DNA of 64,000 nucleotides from Alphaproteobacteria bacterium (GTDB taxonomy: Bacteria; Pseudomonadota; Alphaproteobacteria; MPNO01). Below, piece after piece: positions 60,055 to 64,000 of this stretch. The stretch is taken from the NCBI GenBank assembly GCA_965248835.1, contig CBDFLJ010000002.1, forward strand, positions 608,001 through 672,000, read 5' to 3'. Below the pieces are notes generated by a model, which did not search any database, had not been told where the DNA came from, and saw only the letters and a list, made by a program, of their open reading frames with translations. Each line of letters starts with the position of its first letter. Position 1 is the stretch's first letter. Both the position numbers and the translations under genes were made by a program.

Positions 60055-60342
60055 GTTCGCAAGGTCAAGTCCGATTTCTGCTGGATAATTTTGTTTGAGG
60101 GTCTTCCACCGGGTGTCGTGTTGCGAGGCCTGTCTGGGCCTCGTATTCCTCGTGCAGTTCGGCTCTGAGGGCCGCCATCTGTCGTCGCTCGAAGTCCGTG
60201 ACCTTGATGGCATGCCAACGTTCGGCGGCCCGCGTCATGGCGCCGAACATGAGCTTGAGGACCGGCTTTTCGCCGAAGGCGTTGGGGATGATCTTCAACC
60301 GCCGGCGCTCCTCGACGAAGAGCCGCTCCAGCAGGTTGGTAA
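60055..60342 (-). mobile_element. IS256-family C-terminal remnant
   Basis: TNLLERLF.E.RRR.KII...FGEK..LKLMF.A..RA.ERW. Confidence 0.8.
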
Positions 60343-60885
60343 CTGGTATGAGGATCTCGGTGTTGATGTTCGGCCGCGGTTGGCGTGATCGCGGCGTATG
60401 GTGCGACCATCCGGGACAGAGGCACCGGGAGCACGAAGGTGCGGGCAGGCCGATCTGAACGATGAGCCGCGAACTCGCGTTAGTAGCTGGCCGCCTCTGC
60501 GACTCGCCCGGTTGCGCTGCGCGCGCGGATCCGTAGTTGTCGTGTTGCCCGTCGCTCCCGTCATTCGAACTGACAGGAGGCGAGGATGCGGCGCATCGTC
60601 GGTATCGACATCCACCGGACCTTCGGGGAGGTGGTGATCTGGGAGAGCGGTTCGGTCCGCCACGCAGGCGGATCGACATGACTCGTGCCGGGCTCGAGGG
60701 CTTTGGCCGGCGCCTCGGCAAAGCGGATGAGGTGGTGATCAAGGCGACGGGGAACTGCATGGCGGTTGCGCGTGTGCTGTCGCCTTTCGTGAAGCGGGTG
60801 GTGATCGCCAATCCGCTGCAGGTCAAGGCGATCGCGCACGCACATGTGAAGACCGACAAGGTCGACGCGGGGACGCTCGCGAGCC
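60343..60885 (+). mobile_element. IS110-family remnant: ~240-bp 5' non-coding end plus frameshifted transposase N-terminus (from 60586)
   Basis: MRRIVGIDIHRTF.EV, ATGN, ANPLQVKAIAHA.VKTDKVDA; AGGAGG RBS. Confidence 0.85.
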
Positions 60886-61013
60886 TCTATGAGGGCCTCG
60901 AGCGCGCCTACGAGTGGTTTCGCGCCAACCACGGCGGCCGGAGCGCGTCGGCGGCACGGGTCTCGCTTGGAGCCGTAGATCCTCTGGCGGGGCCGCGCGC
61001 GCCGATCCCATGA
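60885..61013 (+). pseudogene. C-terminal remnant of an NDP-sugar epimerase / GDP-fucose synthase
   Basis: LYEGLERAYEWFRAN terminal helix typical of extended SDR epimerases. Confidence 0.45.
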
Positions 61014-61647
61014 CCGTTCCGGACGGGCCGCGCGGCCGGACCGACGATCGCGGCCTGTGGCGCGACCTGCGTGGGCCGAGGCCCGCCGGCCCGCCGCGGC
61101 CGGCGCTGTTCCTCGATCGCGACGGCACGGTCATCGAAGAGGTCCCCTACCTTTCCGACCCGGCGCTCGTCCGTCCGATTGCGCAGGCGATGACGACGAT
61201 TGTCCGGGCCAACACACTCGGCATCCCCGTGGTCGTCGTGACCAGCCAGTCGGGCCTCGCGCGCGGCTATTTCGACCGGGGCACCTCGCCGCCGTCGAAG
61301 ACGTGGTGGACGAAGCGATGACCGCGACCGGCGCGCGCATCGACGCCGTCTACGCCTGCCCCCACATGCCGGTCGAGCCGCTGCTCTTCGGCCGCAAGCC
61401 CGACCCCGGCATGCTGACCGTCGCCGCCGAACTCAATCTCGATCTCGCCGCAAGCTGGATCGCCGGCGACTGCGCGACCGACATCGAAGCCGGGCGGCGC
61501 GCGGGCCTGCGCGGCGGCTGGCTGGTGCCGATCGGATTCGGCGCCCGCGACGCAACCGTCGCCCGCGGACTCGCCCGCGACGGCTTCGAGGTCGTCGTGG
61601 GCGAACCCCTCGATCGCCTCGCCGACCGGCTCGACGCGCACGGCTAG
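61010..61647 (+). pseudogene. gmhB: D,D-heptose 1,7-bisphosphate phosphatase (GmhB-like HAD), frameshift near 61280
   Basis: ALFLDRDGTVIE and VTSQSGLARGYF in one frame; YACPH, RKPDPGM and GDCATD in another. Confidence 0.8.
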
Positions 61648-61779
61648 GGTTCGTCGCGACGCGAATTCGCGCTATTCTGCGCCGCTCTCCGCTCGCTATA
61701 GTCGGCGCCGGGGCGCGCCCGCCCTGCGAACGCCGGATCGTGGTGCCGGGGCATCGATATCGCGTCGTGGGAGAACGAA

Positions 61780-62802
61780 TTGGCGGATTTGGAAGGGCTG
61801 AAACGCCTGTCCCGGAAGATCGGACGCGACCCCACGCTGGTGCAGGGCGCCGGTGGCAACACCTCGATCAAGGACGGCCCGCATCTCTACGTCAAGGCGT
61901 CGGGTTTGTGGCTGAAGGACGCTTGCGACAGGGTCATGTTCACCTGTGTCGACCGCGACCGCCTGTCGCGCACGATCGGCGAGGGCGCGGACGACGTCGA
62001 ACTGGCTTCATGCGTGGTCGATGCGAAGGGCGCGCCGCTCAAACCGTCGATCGAGACGACCATGCACGCGGCGCTTCCCCATCGCGTCGTGGTTCACACC
62101 CATTCGGTGAACGCCATCGCCATCGCCATCCGCTGTGACGCGAAGGCCGTCCTGGGCGAGAAACTGGCGGGCCTGAAGTGGGCGTGGGTGCCCTACGCCC
62201 GGCCCGGCATGCCGTTGACGCGGCGAATTCACGCCGTCCTCGCCGGAGCGCCCGACATCCTCGTGCTCGGCAACCATGGCGTCGTGATCGGCGCCGAGGA
62301 TTGCGCGGCCGCGGAGGCGCTGGTGGATGAGGTCGAACGCCGGCTTGCGGCAACCTTGCGGGTGGCGCCCCCAGCGGACATCGCGGAGTTGCGCGCGCTT
62401 GCCGCGGGCACCCGATATTGGCCGTGCGAACCCGAGGAGGGGCACGGTATCGCCACCGACCCCGACTCTCTGCGCATCGCCGCCCGGGGTTCGTTGTACC
62501 CCGATCACGTGGTGTTTCTCGGACCCGCCGCGCCGGTCGTGGACGCGGGCACGGCACTCGGCGAATGGCTCGTGGCCAGGCGCGGTAAGGGATTCGACGA
62601 TCCGGCCATCGCACTGGTCGCGGGCATGGGCCTGCTGACGCGTGACGATCTCTCGGAGAGCGGCGCGGCGATGGTTCACTGTCTGGCCCTGGTGCTGCAG
62701 CGTACGCCGGCGTCCGCGCCGATCGAATTTCTGACCCCGGAGGACGAGCGGGCGCTGTTGGGGTGGGACGCCGAAACATACCGTAGGTCCGTGTCCCACT
62801 GA
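61780..62802 (+). CDS. Class II aldolase/adducin family protein
   Basis: LVQGAGGNTSIK, KASG.WL, PSIETTMHA, VHTH, LGNHG, LYPDHVVFLG. Confidence 0.88.
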   Translation: MADLEGLKRLSRKIGRDPTLVQGAGGNTSIKDGPHLYVKASGLWLKDACDRVMFTCVDRDRLSRTIGEGADDVELASCVVDAKGAPLKPSIETTMHAALPHRVVVHTHSVNAIAIAIRCDAKAVLGEKLAGLKWAWVPYARPGMPLTRRIHAVLAGAPDILVLGNHGVVIGAEDCAAAEALVDEVERRLAATLRVAPPADIAELRALAAGTRYWPCEPEEGHGIATDPDSLRIAARGSLYPDHVVFLGPAAPVVDAGTALGEWLVARRGKGFDDPAIALVAGMGLLTRDDLSESGAAMVHCLALVLQRTPASAPIEFLTPEDERALLGWDAETYRRSVSH

Positions 62803-62847
62803 ACCGTGCAACACGCGCGGCCGGCGCGCGCGAGGGACAGCCAGTCG

Positions 62848-64000
62848 ATGCAGATCATTATTCCGATGTCCGGTTTCGGCGAGCGTTTCCGGCGGGCCGG
62901 CTACGCCCTTCCCAAGCCGCTGATCGAGGTCGATGGCAAACCGGTCATCGCTCATGTGGTCGACCTTTTCCCCGGTGAGGCGAATTTTCTCTTCATATGC
63001 AACCGGGACCACCTGGAAACGCCGGGGTTCCGCATGACCGATACCCTCGAGCGCTACTGTCCCGGCGCCCGCATTCGCGGCATCTCGCCCCACAAACTGG
63101 GGCCGGTGCACGCGGTGATGCAGGTCGCCGACGACATCGATCCCGATGAGCCGGCAATCGTGAACTACTGCGATTTCGCCTGCTACTGGGACTATAGCGA
63201 CTTCAAATCGTTCGTCGGCGAAACGCGGTGTCACGGGGCCTTGCCCGCGTATCGCCATTTTCACCCTCATTTGCTCGGATCGACCTATTACGCGTTCATG
63301 CGCGAAACCGAAGGGTGGATGACAGATATTCAGGAAAAACAACCGTTTACGGATAATCCGATTGACGAGTTCGCGTCCAGCGGCACCTACTACTTCGCGT
63401 CGGGCGCGCTGATCAAGGCGTATTTCGCCGAGACCATGCGACAAGACCTGACGGTGGGAGACGAGTTTTACGCAAGCCTCGTCTACAAGCCGATGATCGC
63501 CGACGGACTCGACATCGCCGTGTACGAGTTGCAGCACTTCATGCAGTGGGGAACGCCGGAAGACTTGCGCGAGTACCAGCGCTGGTCGGCGACCTTCGCG
63601 CGTCTGGCAAGCGAAGACGCCACGCCGGCGGCCCGCCACGGCGGTAGCCTGCTGATGCCGATGGCTGGATTGGGAAAGCGCTTCAGCGACGCGGGATACG
63701 CCACGCCCAAACCGCTGATCCCGGTATCGGGCCTACCCATGGCGGTGCAGGCGACGCGCGACCTGCCTTCGGCGCCGGCGACCCGGTTCGTGCTGCGCTA
63801 CGACCTGCCGGAGCGCGAGACCATAGAGGCCGAGCTCGCCCGTTCGGTCCCGGGCAGTTCGGTCCGGGTGCTCGACGGCCTCACCGACGGGCAGGCGCGT
63901 AGCTGTCTGTTCGGGCTCGACGGCCTCGAACTCGACGCGCCCCTGACAATCGGCGCCTGCGACAACGGCCTGCTGTACGACGCCGGCGTATTCGCCGGTC
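62848..64000 (+). CDS. Nucleotidyltransferase with two tandem NTP-transferase domains, 3'-truncated by window edge
   Basis: MQIIIPMSGFGERF..AGY.LPKPLIEV, and a second LLMPMAGLGKRF..AGY.TPKPLI.V near 63650; frame open to the end. Confidence 0.85.
   Translation, partial: MQIIIPMSGFGERFRRAGYALPKPLIEVDGKPVIAHVVDLFPGEANFLFICNRDHLETPGFRMTDTLERYCPGARIRGISPHKLGPVHAVMQVADDIDPDEPAIVNYCDFACYWDYSDFKSFVGETRCHGALPAYRHFHPHLLGSTYYAFMRETEGWMTDIQEKQPFTDNPIDEFASSGTYYFASGALIKAYFAETMRQDLTVGDEFYASLVYKPMIADGLDIAVYELQHFMQWGTPEDLREYQRWSATFARLASEDATPAARHGGSLLMPMAGLGKRFSDAGYATPKPLIPVSGLPMAVQATRDLPSAPATRFVLRYDLPERETIEAELARSVPGSSVRVLDGLTDGQARSCLFGLDGLELDAPLTIGACDNGLLYDAGVFAG

Noticed and set aside
1-64000. CRISPR array, rRNA, tRNA, retron or group II intron
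   Set aside because: No regularly spaced repeats, RNA-gene signatures, cas genes or reverse transcriptase motifs were seen by eye.

Overview
High-GC window from an Alphaproteobacterium (Rhodospirillales-like gene content) with three parts. (1) 1-22.7 kb is mostly intact catabolic and transport genes: UbiD decarboxylase, VOC protein, LLM and HsaA-type monooxygenases, Liv- and Pot-type ABC systems, aryl-CoA ligase, TenA and SDR. It also holds a CIRCE-controlled groES followed only by a groEL C-terminal remnant, a Phd-VapC toxin-antitoxin pair and an odd G/T-skewed tract. (2) 22.9-52 kb is a heavily decayed mobile-element region. A tyrosine-recombinase + IS91-like (rolling-circle) element sits three times in GATT sites at the left end of the same IS630; two full composites form a 3.6-kb inverted repeat and one carries a 23-bp duplication suggestive of terIS read-through. 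IS630/IS5 elements are chained at CTAG sites. There are also IS3, IS481, IS256 and IS110/IS1111 remnants with their non-coding (bridge-RNA-type) ends, two tandem arm-type integrases, and a lower-GC, IS-disrupted gene pair encoding an EpeE/YydG-like radical SAM enzyme coupled to a heme-oxygenase-like diiron enzyme (candidate uncharacterised peptide-modification pathway). (3) 43-64 kb, overlapping part 2, is an IS-riddled exopolysaccharide/capsule locus: O-antigen ligase-like protein, phosphatase, beta-barrel, Wza, Wzc, ManC, frameshifted GmhB, class II aldolase and a double NTP-transferase. No rRNA, tRNA or CRISPR array was seen. All family calls are from motif recognition by eye; no searches were run.
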